Below the pieces are notes generated by a model, which worked only from the letters and a program-made list of their open reading frames with translations, did no database searches and was not told the DNA's origin. A stretch of 63,917 nucleotides of DNA, counting the filler, from Craspedostauros australis (lineage: Eukaryota): assembly GCA_030167865.1 (NCBI GenBank). It is 12 parts of 12 records of this genome, joined end to end, with 100 filler letters (N's around TTAATTAATTAA, not from the genome) between each part and the next. Parts side by side here need not be neighbours in the genome. Positions count along the whole stretch, not along the records: positions 48,052 to 50,882 come from JALAGF010004024.1; positions 50,983 to 54,843 come from JALAGF010004025.1; positions 54,944 to 59,614 come from JALAGF010004026.1; 9 more parts are not named here. The stretch is one strand, 5' to 3'. Shown here in pieces: positions 48,052 through 59,714 of this stretch. A program made the translations under genes and the position numbers. Each line of letters begins with the position of its first letter. Position 1 is the first letter of the stretch.

Positions 48052-50882
48052 CAGCGGAATGACCAGGAATTACCCTTCGAGGCAGTCGGTCTCATCGGCA
48101 GGAGCAAGGAGATCCGCATGCTGCGACACGTATTCAACATCACCTGCCTGCAACGTGAAAGGCGACTCTCTGACGGCAATAGCGAGTCGAGTAACAAGGC
48201 TCCACATCACAGCGGCTCCCATGAACCAGTGGACGCAGCAACATCAGCAGCAACAGACTCGTCAACAGAGTCATCATCCAACGTTGACGATGAGATGATG
48301 TTGCAAACGGTACGATCATCCAAGAGAACACTTGTTCTCATCTCGGGACATTCGGGAAGTGGAAAGACTGCACTTGCCATGCAAGTCAAGAAGTTCGCTG
48401 CATCACACAATGCCAACATTCTCAATGCCACCAACAGCAGCAGCAACGTGCACCACCCCTTCCACGGCTTCTTCGTGTCTGGCAAGTGCGAGATCTCCAA
48501 GATGAATGCGGAGCAACCGTACGCTGGGATCAAATCTGCATTGATGGATCTATGCAACCAGATCCTATGCTTGCCTCGCGACGAAGAAGACATCCATGCC
48601 AAAGTCATCATGTCGTCCCTCAACATGGGTGACAAGACGCTTTCCACATCATTGGAAAGCGAGCAGGCACGCAGCAACCTTTCTTCAACCAGCCATCCCG
48701 GCACTCCTTCAACGCACTCCCCAGGAGCTGACCAACACACACCATCTGCTCTCGACGATCCTCGACGGCTTTCCGCCCTTCGGAAGCTCTTCACCAAGGG
48801 CCTCACCAAGGGAGAGATCAGGGTGCTGTCCGCTGTCATCCCGGACCTCCCTCAGGTCGTCTATGGTATTCAGCATGCGCTCGTTCTCGGCACAGCCAGA
48901 AGGGACGATGCTTCTGTCGCCAGCCTATCCACATGCACGTCTGGCAGACACAGTCTCGCGAGACCGTGGAATGATCAAATCGGATACCGTGCCCACGGGG
49001 ATCGGCTCAAGTTCGCTCTGCGGAGGTTGATCCAGATCATCTGCAACTTCTGTCCCCTCATCTTCGTCATCGATGACATCCAATGGGCCGACAAGGCATC
49101 GCTGGACATCCTCCAAGCATGGATGCTCGACACCAACAACTCGTCACTGATGGTCATCGGATGTTACCGATCCAATCTACTGGAAGAGAATCGCATCCTC
49201 AAGACCACGTTGTTGGCATTAGATGAATCCAAACGCGAGCGATCGCTCCGCATCATCAAGCTTCCCATCCAAGATCTGGAGCTGAATCACGTCAAGGAGA
49301 TGCTGTGCTGTCTCCTCAAACCCCAGGATGACATCCCATACAGCAACACTGCTGACCACAGCAACCGCGATGATGGAACGCACGATGAACGCTATGAGGC
49401 CGTGACACACTTTGCAGACATCGTGTACAACAAGACGGGTGGGAATCCCTTCTTCGTGCAACGATTCCTCCATTCGTTGGTCGACGACCGGCTGCTCCAG
49501 TACAATCCATCGATGCTGATGCCCGAGCCGGCCACAACGACAGGGTCGACGCCGCCACCATCACCCGTGCCAGCAACAACCGCAGCACCAACAGCATCGG
49601 CACCATCGACAGTATCAACACTCACATGGGAATGGGTCTGGAATAATGATGAGATGGAGGCCAAGTCACCACTCACCAGCAACGTCATCGACCTCATGAA
49701 GAACAAACTGCATCAGGTGCAGGATGCCAGACAGATCTTGCCCATCGCGGCATGTCTGGGNGCATCCTTCTCCTACTCAACCATCTGTGTGGTGATGCGC
49801 GGCCTCTCCATCCACTCAGCCCATTCGGCTTTCGTCCGCAAGCTGTTTGGTATCAGTCGCTTCGTCTCCAACAGCGGGATCCGCAAGATGCTCCGCACCT
49901 GCGAACGTGAAGGCTTGCTGGAACGATCTGCCAGTGTCAAGGTCGCCGACGACCACGCAATAGACATCGATGCAACCAACGCATCGAGCAAGACCCAATC
50001 CAGCACACACTCAAAGCAGAAGGCAAAGACGAGACAGTCCACCATCTTCAACTTCAGCCACGACAAGGTCCAGGAGGCAGCGCTGGACATGGTGGAACAG
50101 GAGCAGCTCTCAGAGCTCAAGTATCGTGTGGGAGAGATCCTCCTCTTCGGTCTTTCCCAAGATGAGCTTGATGAACGTATCTTCATGGTCACCAACCTTG
50201 TCAACACAAGACCAGACCTGATCCCGGACACCAACAAGAGCGACCGCCGCAAGCGAGTGATGATGCTCAACTTCGACGCCGGCACCAAGGCCGTCGGTTG
50301 TTCCGCATTTCGGTTGGCCCTCGGATACTTCCGTTGTGCTATCGGCCTTCTCCCACCCAATTACTGGGACGTGATGCAAGAAGAGACGTTGCAAGTCTAT
50401 TCTTCCGCAGCAGAGTGCGCCTTCGTCACGGGGGATCTCGGTAGGTCCCGCAGATACTGCAACATCATCGTCGAATCCAAGTGCGACATCTTGGAGAAGA
50501 TCGATGCCTACCATACACTGGCAGACATCGCAGCAGCCGAGCACAAGAAGGATGGAGAGAAATCTGTCGCAGTGCAGCTTTGCTTGAGTGTCTTGTCACA
50601 GCTGGGCTGCAGCATCCCAAAGCCGGGGATGAAGCGAACGTTCGCGACCATCTCTGGACTCCTCAAGGTGAAGCGCGCTGCTCAATCGTTGACATCGGAA
50701 TCCATTGCAAAGCTCCCGCTGAATGAACATGAGAAGGAAGACGCGGTAATGAGCACGTTGGGTAAGCTTGTCACGCTCTGTTACCTCACCGACCCAGAGC
50801 TCATACCCATCATTACAGTCAAGACTTTCCAACGAACGTTCAAGTACGGCATATCCGAGCATTCCCCGATCGCCTTCATCTT
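48052..50882 (+). CDS. COG3899/AAA_16-type STAND-like ATPase with a helical (TPR-like) region; partial at both ends
   Basis: LIGRSKE, Walker A ISGHSGSGKT, FVSGKC..PY, Walker B PLIFVIDDIQWAD..SL, KTGGNPFFV, FSHDKVQEAA, LNFDAG.KA...AF..AL.YF. The frame is open across the whole contig. Confidence 0.88.
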
Positions 50883-50982
50883 NNNNNNNNNNNNNNNNNN
50901 NNNNNNNNNNNNNNNNNNNNNNNNNNTTAATTAATTAANNNNNNNNNNNNNNNNNNNNNNNNNNNNNNNNNNNNNNNNNNNN
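50883..50982. other. Artificial contig linker
   Basis: 44 N + TTAATTAATTAA + 44 N. Confidence 0.98.
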
Positions 50983-51611
50983 TGGTGGAATAGTGAGGTA
51001 CATCTCTGCCTGCTCGTATGGTATGGTGCATGTGCTGCAATCCAGGGAAAGCATCACGTTCCTCCACACCGCATCGCAGGGCATCGCGGCACCTTGAACG
51101 CAGTCGCTCAAAATCCCACGAACCAACGACGATCAGCTCTGAAATGTGAGCCTGTCACACCCTCATCATGGCCATCATCCGATAGTGACAAAGCGCGTGC
51201 CCGCCTTGCCAAATTCATCGGTTCTTGTGGGGCCAAATTCGTGCACTCACGCTTTCCATGTCTTCGTGTCTTTGTCGCGAAATTTGTGATGGTGCCAATT
51301 TTCTCGACCAACGGAAAAATGTGACAGGAATTGTTGCTGAATTTTGAGTCATGTATATCGAGTGACACAATGATGATGATCGACTACATGGATCAAGTTT
51401 GGCAAGTCAACTTGATGTCTCCAACCATAGAACCACATCCACCCATCAAGGAAAGGAGAGACAGCAACACAGAGATCATGCCACTCCACTCCACGCTGCT
51501 CATGCTTGTAGCCGCACAGATACACACGTTGGACTCTTGCACAAAAGATCACTGGAGGCTGCGGAATGATCGATGAGGAGATCCGGTAACGATCAATGAG
51601 AGCGTGGTCTG

Positions 51612-53297
51612 ATGATGTTTGCTATCAATGCACATTCCCGGCAATGCATGCCACGGTTGGTCGAAGGCTTGAACTCCGTGGTGCTGCGGAAGCTGTCATC
51701 AATCTCGGCAGCGAGAGCCGTGGGGCCTCGGTCACGATGCCTTGCCGTTGGTATAAACGGCGGTGAAGGTGTCGGAGGCCGCTTCTGCACAACCGGACCC
51801 CGTCGCACGTACTCCAGCCATCGAATCGCAGCGTTCTATGCAATGCCGGCGCTGCCAGAAAGAGCATCGCCTCTGGCATCGGACAGCACTACACTACGTC
51901 ACAGCTCCATCAGCACAGCAAGTTTCCGGCTTGGTCACGGATTTCAAGCCAAAGTTAGGGAGATCGTGGAAGCGCCGTTCGTGGACAAACGGAGACAACG
52001 ATGGTTTTCATCCGATCAACATCAAGCAAAGGATGCGAGAGACCTACCGTTGCGGTTGTCGCTGGTTGTATCCAGACTTGCCGGCGATGGCAACCTCAGC
52101 CGAAGGCAGGCGGAGTTGCAGATCCGACGTGGGAATGTGGCGGTCAATGGCAGGACCATCACATCGCCACAGTACGATTTGAATGCCGGTGTGCGATTTG
52201 GTGCCCCAGCCATCACGGAAGACGTCGGAGATGCTCTCCCAGATGTTCGCGGTGTTGAGGAATCAGCTATATCGGGTGCAAGTGCGAACGACCATGCAGG
52301 CACGGCGGATAAAACGGAACAGGGCATGATTGAATCACAACACAATGATGCATCATCGAGAATCACGCTGGCTCTGAAAGGCAGGACGATAGTATCCGCC
52401 GATTCCATTGGTGAGCTGATTGAACGATACCACGCGAAACAGCAGCAGCTGGCACAGGCGTCATCGTCAGCCTCTGTGCTTCTGGACGGTGCAGGCAGTA
52501 CCGATGCCCGTATCCGCGATGACGGTACTACCCCCAAAGTATGGGCGGCACACAAGACGAAGGGAGAGCTGGTGGCCCACCACGATCCGCTCGGACGACC
52601 GACCCTCCTGGAGCGTTTGCAACGCGGAGGCTTGGGTCAGCACGAAGTGGGTGGACGGAACGTCACGCTGAAGCCCATCGGTCGACTCGACATGATGACG
52701 GAGGGATTGATTTTGCTCACCAACTGCGGCAAGTACGCACGCGAGATGGAGCTGCCGTCATCTCAGCTGCATCGCACCTACCGAGTGCGGGTCCACGGGA
52801 GGATCACGCCGCAGAAGCTGGAACGGCTGCGCAGCGGCGGCATGTTCCGTTGGCAGGTTCCGAATGTTAGCGGCGATGGATACCAAACAGAACAGCAGTA
52901 CTACGCCCCAATGAAGGTCCAATTGGAAGCACCGCCCCGCGGAAGAGACGGCATCTTCAAGTTCCGAACGAACAACTGGATGCAGATTACGTGTCGCGAG
53001 GGAAAGAATCGACAAATCCGCAATGCGTTGGCCAGCCTGGGTTTGACGGTGACGCGGTTGATCCGCATTTCGTTTGGCGACTACCGGCTCCACTCGATAC
53101 CATCGGGGATGGTGATTCCAGTGCCGCACAAGCCCGTCCAGTCGCAAGCCCACCGAGGCAGGAAGAACTTCGACCAGCACGTCCTGCCGCGGCAACAGCA
53201 ACGGAAACGCAAGGCAGAGGCTGAGAGGAGGAACGATGCTGGCAACGCAACTGCTGAAGGAGATGAGAACGGAGGTGTGCGGTGGTTGCAAGGTTAA
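51612..53297 (+). CDS. RsuA/RluB-family pseudouridine synthase with S4 domain, probably organelle-targeted
   Basis: S4 motif SRRQAELQIRRGNVAVNG, HKTKGELV..DPLGRPT, catalytic PIGRLDMMTEGLILLTN, RTYRVRV, EGKNRQIR and VTRLIRISFG. Arg/Ser-rich N-terminal extension. Confidence 0.92.
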   Translation: MMFAINAHSRQCMPRLVEGLNSVVLRKLSSISAARAVGPRSRCLAVGINGGEGVGGRFCTTGPRRTYSSHRIAAFYAMPALPERASPLASDSTTLRHSSISTASFRLGHGFQAKVREIVEAPFVDKRRQRWFSSDQHQAKDARDLPLRLSLVVSRLAGDGNLSRRQAELQIRRGNVAVNGRTITSPQYDLNAGVRFGAPAITEDVGDALPDVRGVEESAISGASANDHAGTADKTEQGMIESQHNDASSRITLALKGRTIVSADSIGELIERYHAKQQQLAQASSSASVLLDGAGSTDARIRDDGTTPKVWAAHKTKGELVAHHDPLGRPTLLERLQRGGLGQHEVGGRNVTLKPIGRLDMMTEGLILLTNCGKYAREMELPSSQLHRTYRVRVHGRITPQKLERLRSGGMFRWQVPNVSGDGYQTEQQYYAPMKVQLEAPPRGRDGIFKFRTNNWMQITCREGKNRQIRNALASLGLTVTRLIRISFGDYRLHSIPSGMVIPVPHKPVQSQAHRGRKNFDQHVLPRQQQRKRKAEAERRNDAGNATAEGDENGGVRWLQG

Positions 53298-54348
53298 CTT
53301 CGTCTCAATAGCGATGCAAATTACTTGGACCAATGAAGGCTAGAGCCTCGTCTTTGCACACTGTTGAGGCATGGAACAGCAGTGCTTCCAGAAGAGGAAT
53401 AGCAACCGTGGAGGAGAGTGGTGACATCAGGTATTGAGACGAAGCGAGATGAGACCGTATGCAGGGTTTCGGTGGACAGAAACAGATCGAGTCACAGGAT
53501 GGCAAGAGAAGATTATCCTTCCACCATCCTTCTGCCTGGTCAGGCTGCACAGCCCTCTTCTCCTCGGTCGACCTGCGACAGGGCCGCCAACCTCGTGATT
53601 ATTGGTACATGTCGCACACTCTGGCTCGTAGAGTACCTCCGAGTACTTTTTGCGTCTGCGTGTGGGGTGGCGCAATTCGTCACAACACATGCAAAGGTGA
53701 TACAAAATACATTGTTTCTCGTCCACGTGCACCTTAAGCAAACACCGGTTGCTCTAGAGTGCCAGACACGTGTCAGTCATCCTCTTCATCAATGTGCGAT
53801 TATGCCCTTGTGTATCACCGACAACGCTCCGCGCGCACCATTGAGTATATTGATATCAATTAAACACTGTTCCATAAGTATCCAGACTAAAACGTGAATG
53901 GACGAATATTCTCTTGTGCTTTCACAACATGCGAACTCTTGCCTGGGGATGGCTTGACGCGAGTGAAGTGATCGCCGACATCACCATCAATTCGAAACAC
54001 ATGCGCCAAGATAACCAGTGACGAATGAAGTCTCCGCAACATCGCACGAGAGCGCTGGAGTACCTTGTGTCTGAGACTACGAACAAGTCCAGGTACAGGC
54101 TGGACAACCATGTAGTTCCCACAACAGGGCACGCCCGACACTCTTCGAATCGCGAGATCACATGGTGCTGGCAGGTGTGGAAAGACTGAGGAACAAATGA
54201 TGACTTGTGCATTGTTTGTGCCCAAACCTGAAAAGAAACAGGTTGTTGAGCGCACAATTTCGATTCAGCTCCGAGCCAAAACCAAAGCCAAACCAGGCCT
54301 CTCACTTCATCACCATTCCCATAATCATCACCATTATCATATCCCAAC

Positions 54349-54843
54349 ATGGACGACACCAAAGATATGACGAACAGAGCCATCGACCTTCAAGCCCAAG
54401 CATCCCCGCAAGCAGGCTCGAAGACTGAGGCCACCAAACCCAACAACATTACCGATACCACCATGGGCAACGACCACAAGATCATCCATCAATCCATCAA
54501 GGAGAAGTCTTTCATCGATCATCTCAAGTTCATCGTCGAACTCAAGTCCGACCTCGTCTTCTCCACTTGGTACGATGAGAAGGGAAAGCCAGTCAATAAC
54601 TACACCTTCCAACAGATCTGGGATGAAGCGGGACAGTGCGCCCACCTCCTTCGCAACAAGTGGGGCGTCAATAAGGGCGACCGCGTCGTTCTCTGCTACG
54701 ACTTCGGACTCCATTTCTTCGCGGTATTCTTGGGATGTCTCCGCGCAGGCGTGACTGCCGTGCTGGTCTATCCTCCGGGACCTCCGCTCGTCAAGTCACT
54801 AGCCAAGATGAACAAGGTGGTCGAGGATTGCTCGCCAGCCCTC
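54349..54843 (+). CDS. N-terminus of an adenylate-forming enzyme, FAAL-like (fatty acyl-AMP ligase); partial
   Basis: TWYDEKG....YTFQQIW..A...AHLL....GVNKGDRVVLCYDFGLHFFAVFLGCLRAGVTAVLVYPP matches the FAAL/DIP2-type A-domain N-terminus. Confidence 0.75.
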
Positions 54844-54943
54844 NNNNNNNNNNNNNNNNNNNNNNNNNNNNNNNNNNNNNNNNNNNNTTAATTAATTAAN
54901 NNNNNNNNNNNNNNNNNNNNNNNNNNNNNNNNNNNNNNNNNNN
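54844..54943. other. Artificial contig linker
   Basis: 44 N + TTAATTAATTAA + 44 N. Confidence 0.98.
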
Positions 54944-57487
54944 GCTGCCCCAACCTCGGCACCGACCAGCGCACCAACATCGGCTCCAACTTCTGTACCG
55001 ACATCCGCACCAACTTCTGCACCGACCGCAGTCCCAACTTCGGCACCTACTTCTGCACCGACCGCAGTCCCAACTTCGGGACCAACATCTGCACCTACTT
55101 CGGCCCCAACATCCGCCCCGACAGCCGCCCCGACATCCGCGCCAACTTCAGCGCCAACTGCATCGCCAACTTCGGCCCCAACCATGTTCGATGCCTCCAT
55201 CATCACCATCTGCAACCCCGATGACAACGGAGGCATGACTGTGGGAGATATCAAGACGTTGATTTGCAACAGGGACAAAGCGTCATGCCGCCAGGCCATT
55301 CTTGCCGTGCGCGGTCTCAACGACCTCCAGACGTTCTTCGCATGCGCCGGAGACGGCATGAGCGAAGGAGCGTCCCGCGCTCTGTTCAACAGATTCGCTT
55401 CCAATCCAGACCTCGCCCAGCAGCTCGAGATGGCCTTCTCCACCGGAACCCAATTCGTTACCGCTTTGGAAGGAACCCCGATGACAACAACATGTAACGG
55501 GATCGTCGCAACCTGCTGCGCCAACGACGGTGACTGCTCCTCCACATCCGCCGACACCTACATGACCGTGGCACTCAACGGATGCGTCGGAATGAATGCG
55601 TGCGCTGGAATGGGTCCAAACGCGATCGTCCTTGAGTCTTCTTGCAACGGACCCGACGCATGTAACGGTGTGAACGCAAATGATGCCATGCTGGTGGCAT
55701 CTGGAGTCACTTTCATTGGCGAAGTGGCCTGCACCACCGCCAACTCTTGTGAACGCCTTGGAGCCTTCTCCTATGGCGACGTTATTGTCCAGAATGGAGG
55801 CTGCGTTGGAGCCAACGCGTGTACCCTTGCCGGACTGCACCAACAGCAGGTGACGGCGGGGCGCCGTGTGTCCAACATCAACGTCGGCCAGAACGCCTGC
55901 AACAACGTCAACGCGTGCCGCGACGCCCACTCCTCCAGCGGTGGAGGAGCCAAGGTCGGCGGAAGTCTCAGCATCGAGGACGGTGCCTGCGTTGGCAACA
56001 ACGCCTGTCAAGACTTGGCCAACAGCGACCTCATGGTCACTGCTGTTGTTGTCGAAGAGGACGAGTGCTCTGGAACTGACACCTGCAAGGGATGCGTGCT
56101 TGACAACTGTCCCAACCCCGATGGCCAGGTGTACGTCATCAGCAACGCAGCCCTTGCGTGCCCCAAGGACGCCATGGGCGACCCAACTGGTGCTGTTGTC
56201 GTCATCTTCTGCGTCAACCTGGACGACCGCCCAACTGAGTGCCCTACCTTCGCCCCAACCCCGCTCATGAGCGACATCCCGTCCGTCCTTCCGTCCGAGC
56301 TCCCGTCCCAAGGTCCAACCCGAACACCGACCGAAAGTCCATCCGACCTGCCATCCGTGCTCCCGTCCGAGGGTCCGTCCAACTTCCCAAGCGTCCTTCC
56401 ATCCGACGGACCCACCATCGAACCAACCGCTGCCCCGACCATCAACAAGACTCCGCTGCAGACACTCTGCCTGGGAACTCCAGGCGATGTCGGCTCCACG
56501 ATTACGTTAGGACCACAGGTCCTCTGCGACGACGACATGGGCATCTGCACCAACTTCGTGAATGCCATCGAATCGCTCCCCGACAACAAGGACAGACTCG
56601 TCAAGAGCATCCTCGGATGTGCCCCCTATGGAGCCATGGCCACCGTCGAAGTCGCCCAGGCCCGCTTCGATACCATCAAGAACGACGCAAGTGCCATCAC
56701 TGCCATCCTTGGCGCCCTTGAGGGCAGCGGTATCTTCCTGACTGGGACTGCTGCAGAGGTCGAAAATGAGTGCTACAATTCTGGCTTCTCGTGCTGCAGT
56801 GATGGCGCCCAGTGTACGACAGCAGATGCCAATGATATCATCACCATCACTCCAGACTCTTGTTCCGGCACAACCATGGCGAATCCGTCCTGCGACGATC
56901 TTGGCGGCGACATCATCATCCTCGGCAGCTGCCTCAATGACAACTCCTGCTCTGCCCTTGGCAGCTTCGGAGTGGCGCCCAACGCCCAAGCCGTCATCGG
57001 TTCCACCATCATCGGACCAGCCGCCTGCACCAACGCCAGAAGCTGCCAAAACCTGGGATTCAACATCTACGGAAACATCCGCATCGAGCGTGCTGCGTGC
57101 AATGGCGTGGATAGCTGTAACGGCATGGGTGTCCGTGTGGCACAATCACCAATGGTCATCACACCGGTTCTTGCCGATATCCTCGTGCAGGAGGAGGGAT
57201 GCCAAGGGCAGCGCTCATGCCAGAACGTCCACCGCGGAACTGGAAAGACCACTGGAAGCCTTGACATTGGACAGAACGCCTGCATGTCCGTCGACAGTTG
57301 CAACGGCGCCGCAAGCAGCAACGATGCAGTTGATGACCTCGTCATCGAGGATAACACCTGTATGACAGACAACAGTTGTCAGAACTGTGTCGCCACCGAC
57401 ATGTGCGCCGGCGACCCTGTTCAGATCTACACCATCAGCAATCCAATCCCCGACTGCCCTACCCCCAACCCAGGTGCATGCTCTTAG
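54944..57487 (+). CDS. Mucin-like modular surface protein: [PTS stalk - cap domain - Cys solenoid] x2; 5' partial
   Basis: The frame is open from 54944 with ~20 PTSA-type tetrapeptides, then a cap domain, (V/I)xxx(A/S)CxGxxAC repeats, a PSxLPS stalk, a second cap and a second Cys-repeat block. Stop at 57487. Confidence 0.88.
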   Translation, partial: AAPTSAPTSAPTSAPTSVPTSAPTSAPTAVPTSAPTSAPTAVPTSGPTSAPTSAPTSAPTAAPTSAPTSAPTASPTSAPTMFDASIITICNPDDNGGMTVGDIKTLICNRDKASCRQAILAVRGLNDLQTFFACAGDGMSEGASRALFNRFASNPDLAQQLEMAFSTGTQFVTALEGTPMTTTCNGIVATCCANDGDCSSTSADTYMTVALNGCVGMNACAGMGPNAIVLESSCNGPDACNGVNANDAMLVASGVTFIGEVACTTANSCERLGAFSYGDVIVQNGGCVGANACTLAGLHQQQVTAGRRVSNINVGQNACNNVNACRDAHSSSGGGAKVGGSLSIEDGACVGNNACQDLANSDLMVTAVVVEEDECSGTDTCKGCVLDNCPNPDGQVYVISNAALACPKDAMGDPTGAVVVIFCVNLDDRPTECPTFAPTPLMSDIPSVLPSELPSQGPTRTPTESPSDLPSVLPSEGPSNFPSVLPSDGPTIEPTAAPTINKTPLQTLCLGTPGDVGSTITLGPQVLCDDDMGICTNFVNAIESLPDNKDRLVKSILGCAPYGAMATVEVAQARFDTIKNDASAITAILGALEGSGIFLTGTAAEVENECYNSGFSCCSDGAQCTTADANDIITITPDSCSGTTMANPSCDDLGGDIIILGSCLNDNSCSALGSFGVAPNAQAVIGSTIIGPAACTNARSCQNLGFNIYGNIRIERAACNGVDSCNGMGVRVAQSPMVITPVLADILVQEEGCQGQRSCQNVHRGTGKTTGSLDIGQNACMSVDSCNGAASSNDAVDDLVIEDNTCMTDNSCQNCVATDMCAGDPVQIYTISNPIPDCPTPNPGACS

Positions 57488-58268
57488 TAAATGCAGGGCA
57501 TGATTCATCCGTGGATCGCTGTGAGCGCATAAAGACAAGTAACGGCATCCGGCACCTCGCTCCCAAGTCCAATACACAGCTGCAACTGCCGATCCTCAGT
57601 TGTTGAGAGGACGGCGTGGCACACAAATCAAGCAACCAATCACCGACTTGGGTCGGTCGGTGCCGAGAGACTGCGCCACACCCACATCCACGAACATCCA
57701 CACATCCACACACCCGATCAATTGAAACGCCACGCAGCCAAACCAACACAACAAAATGAACAGTGATCCATCTCGCAAACCCCCCTCACCCCCTTCCCCA
57801 TTGCATCTGCATTTGTATTTGCATGTTTATCCGGGAGTGAGCCTGTTCCTGACGTCCATAGAGGCGACGTATCTTGTGCACGGAGACCACCGGCGACGAA
57901 GTGTCTGCCTACCGGTATCAACCGCATGAAAGTCCGAAAGGAAAAAGGATTACAGCCGTCTGCACAAGAGGCTGTGTCGTCTTGCCCATGTCCACATTGG
58001 AGTCTAAACCGCGAATGGTCATGTGCTGTCCCACGACCTCTTCTTTCGAGTAGATCAGATCAAACCTTGGCCCAAGTATTGCCAGGGAACGATTTGATAG
58101 CATCTATAAATTAGCGAAGAGAGCAGCACCTGTAAAACAACAATCGTCTTCATCTGGTCTCGGTGATGCACCATGCGCACGCACACTCGAGAGAGAGAGA
58201 GAGAGAGAGAAGTACCCATGCATGCGAAAGACACATTTCTCATCCTAGTTCTCTCGGAGGCTGAAACA

Positions 58269-59579
58269 TCAGCCAATTTTCTGTGCGACATGTGGAAGCA
58301 ACTTTCCAATGAGCGTCTTGAGATCGAAGCGTTCCTCCAAGAGCGGCCGGACATCTGCATGATCTTGGTCCAGTTCATGGATCAGATCCAGCACCTTGTG
58401 AAGCACAGCATCGTCAGGATCGTCGGAGAAGTCTGAGACGAGAATGCCATTTTGCGGATTTGCGAGGAAGCTGAGGGGGTTGTTGTCCACGAGCACGGTG
58501 CGCCGGGGATTGTGCTTGCCTTGGGAGAATTGGAGATGGTTCAAGTTCTTCACATACACACCCTCTCTGCGCCAATAATCGCACGATTCGCGGTACCACG
58601 CTTTGGTGATCATGTCGCCACCAGGATCTAAGTTGTCGAGAACTTGCTTGGCGTACACGCCGATTCCAGCCGTGAAGATGTGAGTTTCGTACCGCCGTGA
58701 TACAGCCTGGAGAAAGTCCCTCACGAATGGGCGTTCCTGTACGATAGCCGAGCCATGACCAGATATATGGATGGGGAATGAATTGATGCGAGCAGACTCG
58801 AGCTGTTGCTGTTGCTGTCGGTCCTGTCGAGTCTGCCAGGCCACGCCATCGTCAGCAAGCTGATCGAATTGCGTGTGGACCAGACATTCATCCAAATCCA
58901 GGACGACGACGAGATCTGAATCGTACTCGCGTGGTGTAGTTATCTGCACGGATTCTTGTGCCGAGTCATCTGCGCCCTGCGCTCTTTCTTTCGCCGTCTG
59001 CGATCGTGACGATGTCGTTGTCGATCCCGATGCTGATCGTGGATTCGTGTGAATGCAAACTGCCGTGTCCGCCTCAGGAGCGTTGGCATCGTGTGGATTC
59101 TCGCTTGGAAATGTCCTTCTCTGCAAGATGCCACCACCTGTCGCAATCGAATGGCTATGGCGGTGCGACTGTGAACAAGTACGGGGAGTTCCGACACCTT
59201 TTGCCCACATGGATGGCGTTCTGCGCACTACCGGAGTCGACCTATCTGCGGAGCTGCAGCGAATCGGGCCATGTCGACAGTGAAGAAGACGTTGCTGTTG
59301 TTGATGATACTGGACTTGCGAATGTCGATATCGATGTCGATGCAGGGGATTGCGGCATATCTTCTCCTGGCGAGGGAGGTGATGGCAACATGAGTAAGAT
59401 CCACGCAGCAGAGATCCAGAGGCAGATTCGAAGGTTCCCATCGCACGACACGGTTTCTGGAATGCCTCGTTGGATTCATGCGCAGACTTGCACAACCACG
59501 CGGAAAGGCAAGTCGCATACGATCTTGGTGCGGACTTCGTCATGGACTGCCATACGGCGGCTGGAGACGCCATCGCCAT
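58269..59579 (-). CDS. FCP1/SCP (NIF) family HAD phosphatase; possibly 5' partial
   Basis: VVLDLDECLVH (DxD motif), ERPFVRDFL..VS..YE.HIFTAG...YA..VLD.LDP, YRESC, YVKNL, RTVLVDNNPLSFLANPQNGI and DPDDAVL. Confidence 0.9.
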   Translation of the reverse strand: MAMASPAAVWQSMTKSAPRSYATCLSAWLCKSAHESNEAFQKPCRAMGTFESASGSLLRGSYSCCHHLPRQEKICRNPLHRHRYRHSQVQYHQQQQRLLHCRHGPIRCSSADRSTPVVRRTPSMWAKGVGTPRTCSQSHRHSHSIATGGGILQRRTFPSENPHDANAPEADTAVCIHTNPRSASGSTTTSSRSQTAKERAQGADDSAQESVQITTPREYDSDLVVVLDLDECLVHTQFDQLADDGVAWQTRQDRQQQQQLESARINSFPIHISGHGSAIVQERPFVRDFLQAVSRRYETHIFTAGIGVYAKQVLDNLDPGGDMITKAWYRESCDYWRREGVYVKNLNHLQFSQGKHNPRRTVLVDNNPLSFLANPQNGILVSDFSDDPDDAVLHKVLDLIHELDQDHADVRPLLEERFDLKTLIGKLLPHVAQKIG

Positions 59580-59614
59580 GCTGCTTCTTTGTGGTGGTGC
59601 CTTCTGCAGTTGCC

Positions 59615-59714
59615 NNNNNNNNNNNNNNNNNNNNNNNNNNNNNNNNNNNNNNNNNNNNTTAATTAATTAANNNNNNNNNNNNNNNNNNNNNNNNNNNNNN
59701 NNNNNNNNNNNNNN
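59615..59714. other. Artificial contig linker
   Basis: 44 N + TTAATTAATTAA + 44 N. Confidence 0.98.

Noticed and set aside
58269..59579. TIM50 assignment for the NIF-domain protein
   Set aside because: There is no transmembrane segment before the domain and the DxD motif is retained, so it is left as a generic SCP-like phosphatase.
19875..59714. Recurrent TTAATTAATTAA as piggyBac target sites or a biological repeat
   Set aside because: It is always flanked by exactly 44 N on each side, so it is a synthetic six-frame stop linker.
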